From Selaginella moellendorffii (taxonomy: Eukaryota; Plantae; Lycopodiophyta): 64,000 nt of DNA. The DNA is taken from positions 1,487,718 to 1,551,717 of the forward strand of contig NW_003314286.1 of assembly GCF_000143415.4 (NCBI RefSeq), in the 5' to 3' direction. The notes under the pieces were generated by a model. The model had not been told where the DNA came from, ran no database searches, and saw nothing but the letters and a program-made list of their open reading frames with translations. Positions 25,934 through 38,010 of the stretch are shown piece after piece (within the stretch, counting starts at the first letter, position 1; each line of letters opens with the position of its first letter). The translations under genes and the position numbers were made by a program.

Positions 25934-28744
25934 TTAGGGTGCACGTGTCTTCGTGTCCTCTTGCCACCTAAGCATGTTCGTCATGAGAACGTAGGCCGCG
26001 GCGTCGTCCCTGTCTATCTTCACGAGCGCTTCAAAGGCCACTCGTCCCACTCGCGCGTTCTTCCACTTGTGACACGCCCCAAGCAGCGTCCTCCACACCA
26101 GCGCGCTAGCTTCGCCAGGCAATCCTTCCACCATCGCCAGCGCTTCCTCTAGCTGGTTTGCTCGGCCCAGGAGATCCACCACGCAAACGTAGTGCTCCAT
26201 CGCCGGCTTGATCCCATACCTGGCCTCCATCTCCGCCAGGAGCTTCCTGCCGCGACCGACGAGCCCGGCGTGGCTGAAAGCGCTGAGGACGCACGTAAGC
26301 GCGACGTCGTCTGGCCGGACGCCTTCGTCTTGCATCCCGCGGAAGAGCTCCAAAACTCTGGCGATGTCTCCGACCCTGCTGTATCCCGAGATGAGCGAGG
26401 TCCAGCCGATGGAGCCGGGCTTTCCAGCGCTGTCGAAGACGAGCTGAGCGTCTCTGGCGCTGCTGCATTTGCCGTAGACATCGATCATGGAGTTTGAGAC
26501 GGCGTCGTCGTCGTCGTCGGTGGCTCCTGCTCTCAAGATCTCGGAGTGGACTCTCCGGAGAGTTTCGAGAGAAGCTGAGCGTCCACAGCTCTTCAAAGCC
26601 GCGAGGAAGAGCCGAGAGTCGTGAGCGCAGTGGTAGCTTTGAGTTCTCATCAGCCTCTGGAACATCTCTACACCGAGCTCGTCCTCGTTGTTCTCAAAGT
26701 ATCCCAGCGTCAGCTCGGTGCGCACCTCGTAGCTCGGGGACGGGATAGCATTAAAGAACTTGCGTGCGTCGCCCATGCTTCCACACCTGGAGTACATCTC
26801 CACGATCTTGCTGGCCACGAACTTGTCCAAGTCGAGACCACGCTGTGCGGCTTGCGAGTGGAGGTCATTTCCTCTCTTCAGCGCTTCCGTCTTCCCACCC
26901 TTACCATCTTCTTTGGCAGCAAGAGTGATGCAAGCTTTCAATGCCGCCACGTAGCTCCGACAGTCCGGCTCAAAGCCTTCGTCTTTCATCCGAGTGAAAA
27001 TGCTGAAAGCCGAGCCTGGATCATCCTTGTCGATGTAGCCGAGCATCAAAGCTGTCCATGACACCACGTCGTGTCGACGAATCTTGTCGAAAACTCGTCT
27101 CGCATTTTCCAGGCTTCCACATTTTGCGTATAGAGCGATAAGAGTACTTGCGAGAAAAACGTCCCCACCATCAAAGCAGCCCAGTTCTTCAGCCTCGGAC
27201 TCCAGCTCCAAGCCTTTTCCAAGAGCCTCAACTTTCACAACGCTGCCATCCTGCGTCTTGGTGCCTGCTTCCTTCTCTGCCAGTCCGGAGCAAGCAGTAA
27301 GAACAGCGACAAAAGTCCGAGCGTCTGGAGTGTACCTCTTGGCCTTCATTGACGTGAAAAGCTCCAAAGCCAGCTCTTCGCCACCATTTTCAGCGTAGCC
27401 CAGCAGCAAAGCCGTCCAGGAAACGACGTCGTGACGAACCATTCCGTCGAAAACTCTTTGAGCACAAGTCAAGCTCCCGCACTTCGCGTACATGTCGACT
27501 AGCGTACTGGCCAGAAACAAGTCCGAATCCCAGCTACGGTTTGCTGCTTGAGAGTGTAAAACACTCCCCCTCTCCAAGGCGTCAACTTTGACAAGCTTTC
27601 CGTCGATTCTCCGGCCTTCTTCCTTCGCTGCCATGCTGCCACAGGCCTTGAGAGCAGCGACGAAAGCTCTGGTGTCGAGTACAAAGCTCTTCTGTGACTG
27701 CGTCCGGGAAAAGATCTTCAAGGCCACCTCGGGCTGTCCGTTCTCTACGAGTCCGAGCATGAGAGCTGTAAGCGAGACGACGCTGCGGTTTGGAGTTCTT
27801 TCGAACACGTCGATGGCATCCTCAAGGCTCCCACATTTCGCATACAAGTCCACCAACGCTCCAGCGACAACCCTGTGTAACTCAGAGCCATTTTTCGCCG
27901 CTCGAGCATGCAGAGCTCTTCCGGTTTCCAAGGCCTTCGGCTTGACCACCATCCCGTCCACTGCCCGGCCCTGCTCTTTGCTCGCCAGACTCGTGCACGC
28001 GTTCAGAGCAGCCACGAAAGTTGGAGCATCCGGTTCCAATCCTCCCATGTACGAGAACAAATCCAGAGCGATCTCTGGTTGTCCATTCTCGCAGTAGCCG
28101 AGCACGAGTGAGGTCCAAGCCACCACGCTATGCGCTTTCATCCTGTCGAAAACCCTGCGCGAGTCCTCCAAACTCCCACACTTGGCGTACAAATCCAACA
28201 AGTTGCTGCCCACGAAGACGTCGGAGCGATCCAAGCCGAGCTTGGCAGCCTGGGAATGTAAAGACATACACTCGTTCAGGCATTTCATCCTCACGAATTT
28301 TCCATGAACTTTGAGCTGACCTTGTTCTTCCTTGGTAGCCAGATTGGAGCAGGCCTTCAGTGCCGCCAGGAAAGTGGGACGATCCGGCTCACATCTGGCC
28401 GGAGCCACCATCATCTCTCCAAAAACCTGCAACGCAGCCTCGCCGTGGCCGTTTTCGGCATAGCCGGAGATGAGAGAGGTCCACGACACGACGTCCCGAT
28501 GCTTCATACCGTCGAATGCTGCTCGCGCGAGCTCCATGCTGCCGCATTTGGAATACATGCCTACCAGGGCGCTGCCGACGAAGGCATCGGCGTCGTCCCC
28601 ATTCTCGGCCGCCTGCTTGTGGATTCGCTGGCCGCTCTTGAGATCCCTGGACTGCGCGCACGCCCTGAGCGACGCGAGAAGCGCCGTGATCCGCTCCCTT
28701 TGCCGCGGCGATCGGACGAGGGCACCCGCATTCTTGCCGCGCAT
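25934..28744 (-). CDS. PLS-class PPR-E protein with elongated L motifs
   Basis: Repeated MY.KCGS...A..VFD.M...DVVSWT triplets, HYVCVVDLLGRAN, WRTLLGAC, AAYVLMTN. First ATG at 28744. Confidence 0.92.
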   Translation of the reverse strand: MRGKNAGALVRSPRQRERITALLASLRACAQSRDLKSGQRIHKQAAENGDDADAFVGSALVGMYSKCGSMELARAAFDGMKHRDVVSWTSLISGYAENGHGEAALQVFGEMMVAPARCEPDRPTFLAALKACSNLATKEEQGQLKVHGKFVRMKCLNECMSLHSQAAKLGLDRSDVFVGSNLLDLYAKCGSLEDSRRVFDRMKAHSVVAWTSLVLGYCENGQPEIALDLFSYMGGLEPDAPTFVAALNACTSLASKEQGRAVDGMVVKPKALETGRALHARAAKNGSELHRVVAGALVDLYAKCGSLEDAIDVFERTPNRSVVSLTALMLGLVENGQPEVALKIFSRTQSQKSFVLDTRAFVAALKACGSMAAKEEGRRIDGKLVKVDALERGSVLHSQAANRSWDSDLFLASTLVDMYAKCGSLTCAQRVFDGMVRHDVVSWTALLLGYAENGGEELALELFTSMKAKRYTPDARTFVAVLTACSGLAEKEAGTKTQDGSVVKVEALGKGLELESEAEELGCFDGGDVFLASTLIALYAKCGSLENARRVFDKIRRHDVVSWTALMLGYIDKDDPGSAFSIFTRMKDEGFEPDCRSYVAALKACITLAAKEDGKGGKTEALKRGNDLHSQAAQRGLDLDKFVASKIVEMYSRCGSMGDARKFFNAIPSPSYEVRTELTLGYFENNEDELGVEMFQRLMRTQSYHCAHDSRLFLAALKSCGRSASLETLRRVHSEILRAGATDDDDDAVSNSMIDVYGKCSSARDAQLVFDSAGKPGSIGWTSLISGYSRVGDIARVLELFRGMQDEGVRPDDVALTCVLSAFSHAGLVGRGRKLLAEMEARYGIKPAMEHYVCVVDLLGRANQLEEALAMVEGLPGEASALVWRTLLGACHKWKNARVGRVAFEALVKIDRDDAAAYVLMTNMLRWQEDTKTRAP

Positions 28745-29599
28745 GAAGTACCATTGCAAGGTCGAAGAACCCTAAACCCTAGTAGTTTCGATTTTCTTTG
28801 ACCGGCGACTTTGACCTTGAGCCTCGCCTTCAAGTCTTTGGAAGGAAGGGTTTTTTCTCAGGCCGCGGCTCCAGCCGGAACAGCACAAGTCTTTCAACTC
28901 TGGAGTTGCTCCTCGACCGCAATGTCGGAGCGTTTGCAATCTGGCTGGCCACATGGATCAAGCTCAAGGTTTGTTTGATGTCATGATGGAGTGGATGGAT
29001 TGTCGTCAATCTTTCTCAATATCCCCTCAAGATTAAGAACAGTCCTTGCACGATCAATCCCTGTTTCAATCAATGTAATTAACTCTCCATTCCAGTCAGG
29101 CACCACAAGCAGCTCATAAATTCCAGTGGATTATGGGCTAAGTGACCATGAAAGCAACACTGGCTTGTCACACCAGTTGAGAAATCCTTTATTCAGTAGG
29201 GATGCTGTGCCACCACATGAGTAGAAAGATCAACATTTAGCTTTTTAAAGATTTTGTCTTCCACTATCAAGGCCTCTTAAATATGAATTCAGAACTTCAA
29301 AGTTCTTCTATAGCAAAAGTTTTTAAGTTGATTTTAATTAAAAGCTTGAAAAATAATATTATCAATAAATATTTGAAAATAAAACTTATTCATATGTGGA
29401 ATGTTAAAATGAAATACAGAAATATCAATTAGCCTTAAAACCCTAGCTTATATACATGAACGAGTGGTCCAGATTGAAATAAATCCAATGGCTATCAAAA
29501 TCCCATTATATTAATATTAGTATTGGAAAGATAGAAGGTAATTAGGGTTTTTTAGTAGGATCTAAAGGAACATAAAGAGGAAACATTAATAGATCTGTA

Positions 29600-32520
29600 G
29601 ATGGTGTTAGTTGTTCTTGATTTCTTTGTAAGAAATTTTTTAAGTTGTTGAATGTACACAATTTCTAGAGGATTGGCTTGTTGGAAATCATGCTAAACCT
29701 TATAAACTTGTAATTCAAGTTGTTATAATCTTTTCCATTGAACAAGGAAATTATTAAATAAACTATATACTATAATATTACAAAAATAAACTAACACTAA
29801 GTCATTTATTTTGTATTCTATAGGTGGAAGATGATAGGAGTTATATCGCCATTACTTACTTTTATATGGCCCAAGTATTTAGTAAACTTTGCTTGGATCA
29901 ATGGAAGAATGCTCATTAAATATTAATCCCAACATCTAATATCAGCAGCTCATGACAATCATGAAGGTAAACTCAATTCTATTAACTGTAAGTGACTAAA
30001 TTTTCTATTCTACTTTAGTCACTTAACCACACTTTCGACCACTTGGAAGAGTCTCGCTCACAACCTCCATAATCCTATTTTGGACTTATAGACTTTCTAA
30101 CCCCAAGAATGGCATCCATGCCACTCAACTGTTGCACGTGGTCCAAGTTCTCCATATGTTTAATCCCATGACCAACACCCCCAAGGTAACATTGACATAC
30201 TAGCCTATTACACTAAGGCCATGCTCATTCATCTTGGTCACACCTGTGGTTCAACACCACTTGCATCACAGTCCCGTCTCTCAAAGATTGGGCCATCCGT
30301 GTATGAGTGACCATCTTAGGTCCACTTTTTAGCATCCTTAAGATGCCCGTAGACATGGGGAATAGCCTTCCCCAATATCCCTTTCATAGTCCCCACCAAA
30401 TCCCTCTTTTGTCCATGGCCGTGTTCGCCAACACTGCCACTAGGGCAAAGCTCACCAACCCAATCACTAAGTCCCACTGTCCTCTGGGAATTCCTCACCA
30501 CCTGACCGTATTATTGGTCACTACACCAGAGGACCACTCCTCTTCCTTTCTATAATCTAGGATTTTGGGACAACATTTCAGAACACTGTAGCCCTACGCA
30601 AGCCTTATAGGTACTCTCCCCACCTTCTGCCTTTGGGTGCTCTAGCCCTAAGCTTAGAGTGAGGTTCCATTGAGCCACACCAGGTATCCAAGTAGGTAGT
30701 GCCACCCACATTTAGACTGGGAGCATCGGCCATTTGATCTCCCAAGGGAACTAAAGCCGACTCTTGAATACTTCACCAAGCTACCCTGCTTGTCGGTCCA
30801 TATTCACTCTAGCCTTGCATTTCCCAATGGTTATCCCATCACCCAACACTTGGGTACAGCCTTCTTGGGCCAAACTGCCCTTTCTTGGCCAAACTGGCTC
30901 CACTAGAGTCCTCCCCCTTACTATACTTTTGGAGCTCACCAAACCCTCAAAGGTTTGGGAGACGAATGCTTTGGGCTTTCACCCTCTCAAACTCAAACTC
31001 GGACTCGGACTCAGACTTGGACTCGAACTCGGGCTTGGGCTTGGTCTTGGCCTCGGTCTCGGTCTCAGTCCCGGTCTCGGTCTCGGTCTTGACTTCGGAC
31101 TCCATCTCGGGTCCTTCTCGGACTCCATCTCGGTCCATCTCGGATTCCATCTCAGACTCCATCTCGGGTCTATCTTAGACTCCATCTCGAACTCCATCTC
31201 GATCCATCTCGAACTCCATCTCGGACTCCATCTCGGGTCCATCTCAGACTCCATCTTGGTCCATCTCGGACTCTTCCACATGTCATGTGTTGGTCCTTTT
31301 GTGTCTCTTTTCTAGAGACTCACTTATGGCTCGTTTCATGCTTGTTCCTCGAGCACTTCATTGGGAGTTCCACTCCCACTCTCAACCTTTTAAGTTAGAG
31401 TTTTTAGTCTAAACATGTTATGCTTGTTTGGCTTTTACTTCGGCCACTACCATGTGGCACCCTTTTGGCTCCACTTTGGGGGCTTAGGGATTTGTGTCTC
31501 ACATTAATAATATTATATTATGACCATATAGGAATTTATATGATGAAGCACTAATAGAACTCTATACCCTTGTAACATATGTCTATTGAAGAGGCAATAA
31601 ATAATCATCCCAATTTAAATGCTAAAAATTCATGTATTTCATGATCATCCTTTTGAAAGTTCAAACAAATCGTTCCACTAAACCATTTGTATGTGGGTGA
31701 TAAGCACTTGTGAAAAAGTAGTATATCCCTAGTTAAGACATTAAAATGTATAATGCCTCAACTATAAATATAGGACCATTATTCAAAAGAATTTGCTCTG
31801 GACAAGAATGTTGGAATACCATTCAATTAAAGAAGAAATATCTAATAGAAGTTGTAAATGTGCTATCAAGAGTGTTGACTTCCACCCAACAAGTCAAATA
31901 GTCAAAGGTAATAATAACTTATTCATTACCAACATTTGACTATAGAAAAGGCCCTATTAAATCAAATGCAACAAATTCAAATAGATGGCAAACTATAATA
32001 GACTCCAATTGTTCTTCTGTGACATGAACGGGAGCATTATGAGCTTGCCATTCAATATAAATACGCATATACCGAATAATATCACATTATATCTCTAGTT
32101 AATAGAAAGATTTGTATAACTTCTCAATCATACATTGATATCTACCTAGAATAAGAGAATGATGATAAATATGGAGAAAGCATTGAATAAATATCAAAAA
32201 CACCACCAACTGTAAATGATCATCAAGATCTATTCTTACAAAAAAAAGTTCATCCTTAAAGCAATATTGAAAATATAATACCATAATAGCAAGTTATGAA
32301 GAACTGATGCAAATTTCTCAAACCCCTCATAAAGCCTTAAGATTTATGACTTAATGTTTTGAACTTCATAAACCTCACTTAAAGAAGGTAAATCTTGCTT
32401 TATATCTTATAGATATTAAACATTATGCATAGTAATTATTGATGGCACATAATCTTTATCTAGAAAATTTAATTATATTAGAATAACAGAGCTTATTAAA
32501 AATACGAGAAGACAATGATG
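29600..32520 (-). mobile_element. Decayed Ty3/gypsy integrase region, copy 1, split by a solo LTR
   Basis: Reading through stops gives FEFVAFDLIGPF, DYLTCWVE, CPEQILLNNG, TSAYHPHTNGLVERF, WDDYL and a C-terminal YKINDLVLV module. Homologous to 33230-36180. Confidence 0.8.
29987..31503. mobile_element. Solo LTR (~1.5 kb) with an internal GACTCCATCTC-type degenerate tandem array
   Basis: TGTAAG...CTCACA ends with flanks TTAAC/TTAAT (TSD, one transition). The integrase reading resumes on both sides. Array at ~30990-31270. Confidence 0.8.
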
Positions 32521-32529
32521 AAGGGAAAG

Positions 32530-32723
32530 TGTAAGCTCTTGAGTTTGGATTTCCCGGGAGGTCACCCAACCCAATACTATTCAAACCCAAGGACGCTTAA
32601 CCCCAACTATCCCAAGACCCTTAACCAATTGGAAAAGGGGGTGCACTCTTTTTCATGAGCCCTTTCCCTCTATATTTGAACCCCATGGATCGTGTCTCAA
32701 ATCCTTCTCTTTGGTTGTTTACA
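32530..32723 (-). mobile_element. Cassandra solo LTR
   Basis: 194-bp homologue of the 16715 LTR, TG..CA ends, perfect TSD GAAAG. Confidence 0.92.
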
Positions 32724-33036
32724 GAAAGGAGCTCAAAAAAAAATTATTTGTATCATATAAACTATTTATTAATGTTTAAGCCAACTAAAGTTAATTCTAA
32801 GCTCTTCACTAGTTTGTATTGGCTTAAAAATGAAATGGTTTTCAACAAAATAATCAATAAATCAGTTATTGGAAAAGTCTAAAAAAATTTGTGGAAAATT
32901 TTCCATTTTTGAGAAAGACATAACTCTTAGTTTAGAAATACAAATTTTCAAGACTCAATTAACTTCTTTTTACCAACAATTTCACATAAGTTCATTTCAA
33001 TATAAATTCTCATGACCAATAGTATATTTAAGCATC

Positions 33037-33136
33037 NNNNNNNNNNNNNNNNNNNNNNNNNNNNNNNNNNNNNNNNNNNNNNNNNNNNNNNNNNNNNNNN
33101 NNNNNNNNNNNNNNNNNNNNNNNNNNNNNNNNNNNN
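33037..33136. other. Assembly gap (100 N)
   Basis: Run of N. Confidence 1.

Positions 33137-33220
<84 letters not shown>
33137..33220. repeat. Compound (CA)n(TA)n(TG)n microsatellite
   Basis: Seen directly; abuts the gap. Confidence 0.97.
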
Positions 33221-33774
33221 CTAGTTATTCCTGATCTCTTTGTAGGAAGTGCTTTAGTTGTTGAACATGCATAATTCTAAAGATCAGCTTGTTGAATGTT
33301 ATGTGAAACTTTATAAACTTGCAATCCAACTTTACTACAACACTTGATATAATCTTTTAATTGAGTAAGGAGATTATAAAAAAAGCACATACTGTAAGAT
33401 TGCAAAAATAGATTAACATTAAATCAACTACTTTGTACTCTATAAGTGGATGATAATGGGAGTTGTACTGCCATTATTTTCCCACTTGTATGTGGCCCAA
33501 GTGTTCAATAGACTCTACTTGGACTAGTGGAAGAATGCTTTTTAAATATTAATCCCAATATCTAGCATCGACAACTCATGACAATTGTGAAGGTAAACTC
33601 AACTCTATTGGCAATATCAGATCATGACCATATAGGAGTTTATATTATGAAACCCAAATAGAACTCTATACCCTTGTGATATATGCATATCGAAAAATAT
33701 GGCAAATAACAATCTTAATTCAAATGTTGAAAGTTCACCTACTTCGCAATTATCCCTTTAAAAGTTTATACAAG

Positions 33775-35321
33775 TGTAGGTGACTAAATTTACTATTCTA
33801 CTTTAGTCATTTAACCACACTTTTAACCATATGTAAGAGTCTCATTTATAACCTCCATAAATCTTATTCCTAACTTGGGGACATACTAGCCTAAAGAATA
33901 GCATCTATGCCACTTATCCTTTGCACTTTGTCCAAGTGCTCCATGTGTTTGATCCCATGACTGACACCCAAAGGTACCACTAATATATCAGCCCATTACA
34001 CTAAAGCCATGCCCATTCACCTTTGTCACACCGATGGTCCAAAACCACGTACATCACAGTCTCATTTCTTAAAGATTAAGCCACCTATCTATGAGTGGTG
34101 ATCCCTTGACCAAACCTTAACACCCTTAATATATCTAAAGACATAAAGAACACCCTTCCTCAATATCCCTTCTTTAATCCCTACTAAATCCTTTTCCATC
34201 TATGGCTGTGCTCACCAACACTATCATTAAGTCAGGGCTCAAGGGCCCAACCATTAAGTCCCATTGACATTTGGTACATCCTCACCACATGACTATACCT
34301 TTGGTCATTATACAAGAGGACTACTCTTCTTCCTTTCTACAATTTGGGATTTTGGGATAATATTTTGAAATACCATACGCAAGTCTTATGGGTACTCTCT
34401 CTACCTTCCGCCCTTAAGTGCTTTGCCATGTGGCTAGAGCGAGGTTCCAATAAGCCACACTAGGTATCTAAGTAGGTAATACTACTCACACTTAGATTGG
34501 GAGCATTGACCATTCGATCTCCCGGGGGAGATAAAGCCAGGTCTTGAACACTCCACCAAATTACCCCTTTTGTTTGTTTATGTTCACACTAGCTTTGAAC
34601 TTCTTAGTAGTTATATCATCACCCACCACATGGATATAACCTTCTTTAGTCACACTAGACTTTCCTGGCCAAATTGGCTCCACTAGAGTTCTCCTTTTAC
34701 TATACTTTAAAGCTTACCAAACCCTCTAAGGTTTGAGAGATGATCGCTTTAGGCTTTCACCCTTGAACTCAGACTCAGACTGGAACTCCGACTTGGACTC
34801 AGACTTGAACTTGGACTCAGACTTGGACTTGGTCTCAGACTCAGTCTCGGACTCGGTCTCAATCTCAGTCTTGGTCTTGGTCTTTTTCTCGGCATCAACT
34901 TTAGACTCCATCTCATGTCTATCTTGGACTCCATCTTGGGTCCATCTCGGACTCCATCTCAGGTCTATCTCAAACTCCATCTCAAACTCCATCTCAAGTC
35001 TATCTTAGAGTACATCTTGGGTTCATCTTGAGTCCATCTCAGACTCCATCTTGAGTTCTTTTTGGACTCATTCCTAACACTTTTATGTGTCATGACACTT
35101 GTTATATATCAGTTTTTTTTGTGTCCTTTTTCAGAGACTCATTCATTGATTGCTTCATGCTCATTCCTCAAGAATTTTGTTCAGAATTCCACTCCCACTC
35201 TCAACTTTCCAAGTCAAATTCTTTGGTCCAAACATGTTACATTTGTTGGACTCCCACTTCTACCACTTCCATATAACACTTTATCTGCTCCACTTTGGGG
35301 CTTAAGGATTTGTATCTCATA
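33775..35321. mobile_element. Solo LTR, same family as 29987-31503
   Basis: TGTAGGTGACTAAA...CTCATA with flanks ACAAG/ACGAG and the same internal array (~34765-35055). Confidence 0.8.
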
Positions 35322-36359
35322 ACGAGCCGTTCCACCAAATTGTGGATGATAAGCACTTGTGAAAATATGATGTATCCCTAGCTGAGATGTTAAAACATGA
35401 AATGCCTCAGCTATAAATGAAGAACCGTTATTTAAGAGAATTTACTCTAGACAAAAATGTTGAAACACCACTTGATTGAAGAGGAAAAACCAAACAATAA
35501 TCATTAATGCACTAACAAGAGCACCAATTTTTACTCAACAAGTTAAATAGTTAGAGGCAATATTGATGTGCTTTTTACCAACAATCGACCATGGAATAGG
35601 CCCTATCAAATTAAATGCCACCAACTCAAATGGTCAGGAAATTACAATTGCCTTTAGTTGTCCTTCTGCAATACGAAAGGGAGTATTACAGGCTTAACAT
35701 CAAACACAACTACGCATATATTGGATAATATTACATTGCATCTCTGTCTAGTAAAAAGACCTATATAACTTCTCGATCATATATCAATGTCCCATATGCT
35801 CGCCTAAATTATGAGAGTTATAAGAAGCATGGAAAAAGCATGGAATAAATATTGAGGGTGCCACTAGCTGTACATGATCATCATGATCATTCGCAACAAA
35901 ATAAAAAAGGTTGTTCTTAAGGTGATATTGAGAATATAAATGCCAAAATGGTAAGCCATTAGTAAATGTTGTAATATTCTCAAACCTCTCACAAATCCTT
36001 CGGATGCATAGTTTAAACTTTTAAACCTTATGAACCAGAACGTAAATCTTTGTGGACATTAATTATTAAGTACAAAAATTGCTAATGGTATAAAATCCTT
36101 ATTCAGAAAATTCACAGATGTTAGAATAATTAATTCATCAAAAATATAAGAAGAGAGGGAAGAAAGAAAAGGAGTTCAAGAACTCCCTAAGTGATTAAAA
36201 CCTCAAAATCATATATTTAAAGCTTTAGAATCCACTAAGCAATATAACTCTTTCACTTCAATAATAAAGTAATTACAATATGATTATCTTTTAGCAATGT
36301 TTAAAACTTATATAAATATGCATAAAGCTTCTCAAAACCCTAAATTGCTATTATACACT

Positions 36360-36530
36360 TGTAAACTCCTGAGTTTAAACTTCCCAGGAGGTCACCCAAC
36401 CCAGTACTATTCAAACCCAAGGACACTTAACCCTAAATATCCCAAGAAAAAAGGGGTTTCATAGGCCCTTTCCTTTTATATTTGAACCCTAACGGATCGT
36501 CTCTCGAGTCGTTGCCTTTGGTTGCTTATA
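36360..36530 (-). mobile_element. Older, internally deleted Cassandra solo LTR inside the gypsy RNase H
   Basis: tgtaaactcctgagttt...ttcccaggaggtcacccaacccagtactattcaaaccc...gttgcttata; no matching TSD. Confidence 0.85.
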
Positions 36531-37559
36531 AGTTATGGAGTAGTTCACCTTTATTGATTATAATGTATAATTGATGTGCACAATGGGATGACACTGATTA
36601 AGCACACTCATACTTTCTTGCATTAAAACACCCTTAAGACCAATGTTTGTAGTTTTCATACCAAATGAAAGATGATATTGACGACTTTAGCAATGTTTAA
36701 AAAATGATATAATCTAATTAAAAAACTAATCAATAAAATGACTAAGATATTGCACCTTACCTAATAAGTGTTACACATTATTCACACTTTAGAGTAAGGG
36801 ACTGTTGAACGGCCACAAGTTTATCAAGATCAACTTGCAAACCTTCATGATAAATATGATACCTAAGATATATTATGTCCTTAGACTTAAACATGCATTT
36901 TGACCACTTCAGTTTTAAACAAACTTCTCACAACTAATTCAACACTTTTTAAACATCATGAATGTACTCTGCCCATGTCCCCTCCAAGTGGATTAAGATA
37001 TTATCAATGAAGTTAGCAATCACCTCTGGCATATCATAAAAAACTTTGTTCATCATCTATTAGAAAGTTGCTAAAACATTATTTAAACCAAATGGCATTA
37101 CCAAGAATTTGTACAAACTAAATGGTGTATGAAAAGTATTATTGAACATTGTTCTCGGCCATCGGAATTTGCCAATACCTAGAAGTAAAATCTAACTTAG
37201 TGAACCAACAACTTCTCCCTAAACGATCCAAAAGATTAGCAGTGTGAAGAAGAAGATACATATATAAGATAGTAACTTCGTTTAATAGTTGATAGTCAAT
37301 ACAAAAGTGAATATTTCTATCAAGTTTTATGACAAAATAAGGTTTACACAGTTAAGAATTTTGTGACTTTCAAACAATACTGTTCTTTAATATCTCTTTG
37401 GTGTTTGTATGTAAAACTTTGATCTCCTTTAGCAACCAATAACAAATAAAAATTTTGATTAAACGAGCATCCCCAGTTAGAATAGAATGATATGTTGCAA
37501 TTTTGGCCCCTACAACATGTTAAATTTAAATAATAATATACTCCTTCATGAGCTGGTCA

Positions 37560-38010
37560 ATTGCTACAAAACATAAAAACTATTAGATAGATCTAAAGAG
37601 GGAATAAAAGAGCAAGATAGAAACATAGGAGAAAGTAATGAGGAAACAAAAATAATAGAAGCAAAGATAAAAATATAAAAATGAAAAGGAACAAAAGTGA
37701 AAGGAATGAAAGAAATATAAGAAAGTATGAGACAAGGGGAGAAACTTCAAAATCACATTTGGCTCTAAATCACATTATTAACATACTTCTTTATGAACCA
37801 ATTAACTATTGCAACACAAAAACCATCAAATGGATCTGAAGAAGGAATAGAAGAGCAAGATAAAAATATATAAAGAAGTAATAGGGAAACAAAAGTGATG
37901 GAAGCAAAAGTAAAAATATAGAAATGAAGAAAAACAAAAGTGAAAGGAATGAAAGAAATATAAAAAAATATAAGACAAGAGGGAAAAACTTTAAAGTCAT
38001 ATTTGGTATA
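37560..38010. repeat. Diverged ~250-bp tandem duplication between gypsy protease and RT
   Basis: agagcaagata...aacaaaagtgaaaggaatgaaagaaatata...gacaag occurs twice (~37610-37760 and ~37850-38005). Confidence 0.8.

Noticed and set aside
21637-28833. Many plus-strand ORFs opposite the PPR genes (also 42979-46920)
   Set aside because: Antisense shadows of GC-rich coding sequence with no domain signal.
28800-29250. Possible first exons of a gene divergent from the PPR
   Set aside because: Telo-box-like motifs and a possible splice donor are present, but no recognisable protein sequence.
30764-31315. ORFs with LGLGLG / ESESE / PRPR repeats (also 34726-35008), or a CRISPR-like array
   Set aside because: These are translations of a degenerate 6/12-bp tandem array inside solo LTRs, with no constant repeat and unique spacers.
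32948-33224. ORFs spanning the N run
   Set aside because: Artefacts of the gap and microsatellite.
29600-36360. Stand-alone integrases as Ginger/GingerRoot-type DNA transposons
   Set aside because: RNase H motifs continue on both sides of the 36360-36530 LTR and link the integrase to RT and protease upstream, giving ordinary Ty3/gypsy order.
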